In this document: positions 63,262 through 64,000 of the stretch, piece after piece | How positions within the stretch are numbered: position 1 is the first letter of the stretch | Layout: each line of letters opens with the position of its first letter | NCBI RefSeq assembly: GCF_022539665.2 | Contig: NC_081331.1 | Span: 868,001 to 932,000 of the forward strand | DNA length: 64,000 nucleotides | Origin: Daphnia carinata | Taxonomy: Eukaryota | Direction of reading: 5' to 3' | Translations under genes and position numbers: made by a program | The notes under the pieces: generated by a model | What the model was told of the DNA's origin: nothing | Seen by the model: only the letters and a program-made list of their open reading frames with translations | Database searches by the model: none

Positions 63262-64000
63262 CTTTTTAAAACAAAAAAAACAAAACATGTTATTCATGAA
63301 ACCCTACGGCTCTTTGTACTTTTTCTTAGAACACATCATAATCAAAAGAAGGTAAGAGGCTAATATAACTGTACTCTTTCTGCCAAATTTAATTTCACCG
63401 GCCATCAAGTAACGTTAAAATAATTTCTGTTGTTAGCCTAGATATCTGAATTCGTATTTAGGATGGTTAAGTGGGGCATGCGATAGTTCATAATCGGCGG
63501 TGAAGCAATGAAGGAAAGCGTTTGAAATTAAATATGACAGAAGGAAAAGTAAGATCGAACCGAAACAAAAAGAACTGTATATGAGAGTGCATTGTAAAGG
63601 TTCCCGGAAATCGTGGTTTATCATTTGTGGGCGATTCGGTATCACACCACCAGGAAGGGAAACTCGACGCCGTCGTGTGCATGAACGCAAACTACTTAAA
63701 ACTGATTCACAATTGATGACGAAGAGCGACGTGTCATTCACAAGAGGAAGGCCAAAACTAATTATGCTTAGTCACAATTTTTACTACACACCATTCATTT
63801 TGCCAACTCTTTGTATTGTTCGATGTCGTGTTGTCATTACAGCCCACGTACCAACAGGTATCGATTAATTGTATGCCATCCAGCTATTTATGATAACCTT
63901 CAGTTTTTCCAGTATCAAGTTCGAGTAATACAATGGGGCGTTGTCCCTTGTTTTTGTTTTTTTTGTCCTATCCCTGTTCACTTTCATTCTTTTAGTAAAC

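Noticed and set aside
63433..63900. Candidate upstream ClC coding exons
   Set aside because: No phase-consistent exon with a start codon and donor could be established.

Overview
Eukaryotic genomic DNA with very short (about 55-90 nt) GT-AG introns. Gene content and intron style suggest an arthropod, probably a Daphnia-like crustacean (inference). Recognisable multi-exon genes in order: an unidentified membrane-protein fragment running off the left edge (-), WASHC5/strumpellin (-), MGAT4 (+), a TMEM200-like gene (-), an intact Spo11 (-), an 18.7-kb homopolymer/microsatellite-rich intergenic region, glial cells missing (gcm, +), an ERI1-like DEDDh exonuclease with a very long low-complexity tail (-), triosephosphate isomerase (+) and a ClC-2-type chloride channel (-, 5' end possibly outside the window). 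The most unusual stretch is about 47.2-53.2 kb, which is organised like a large degenerate palindrome. It has outer degenerate inverted repeats and two convergent decayed multi-exon genes that appear to be distant paralogues. Its centre is a ~610-bp near-perfect, hairpin-rich inverted repeat enclosing a 510-bp spacer with three degenerate, outward-pointing tRNA-like units. All exon models and alignments were made by eye and no searches were run.
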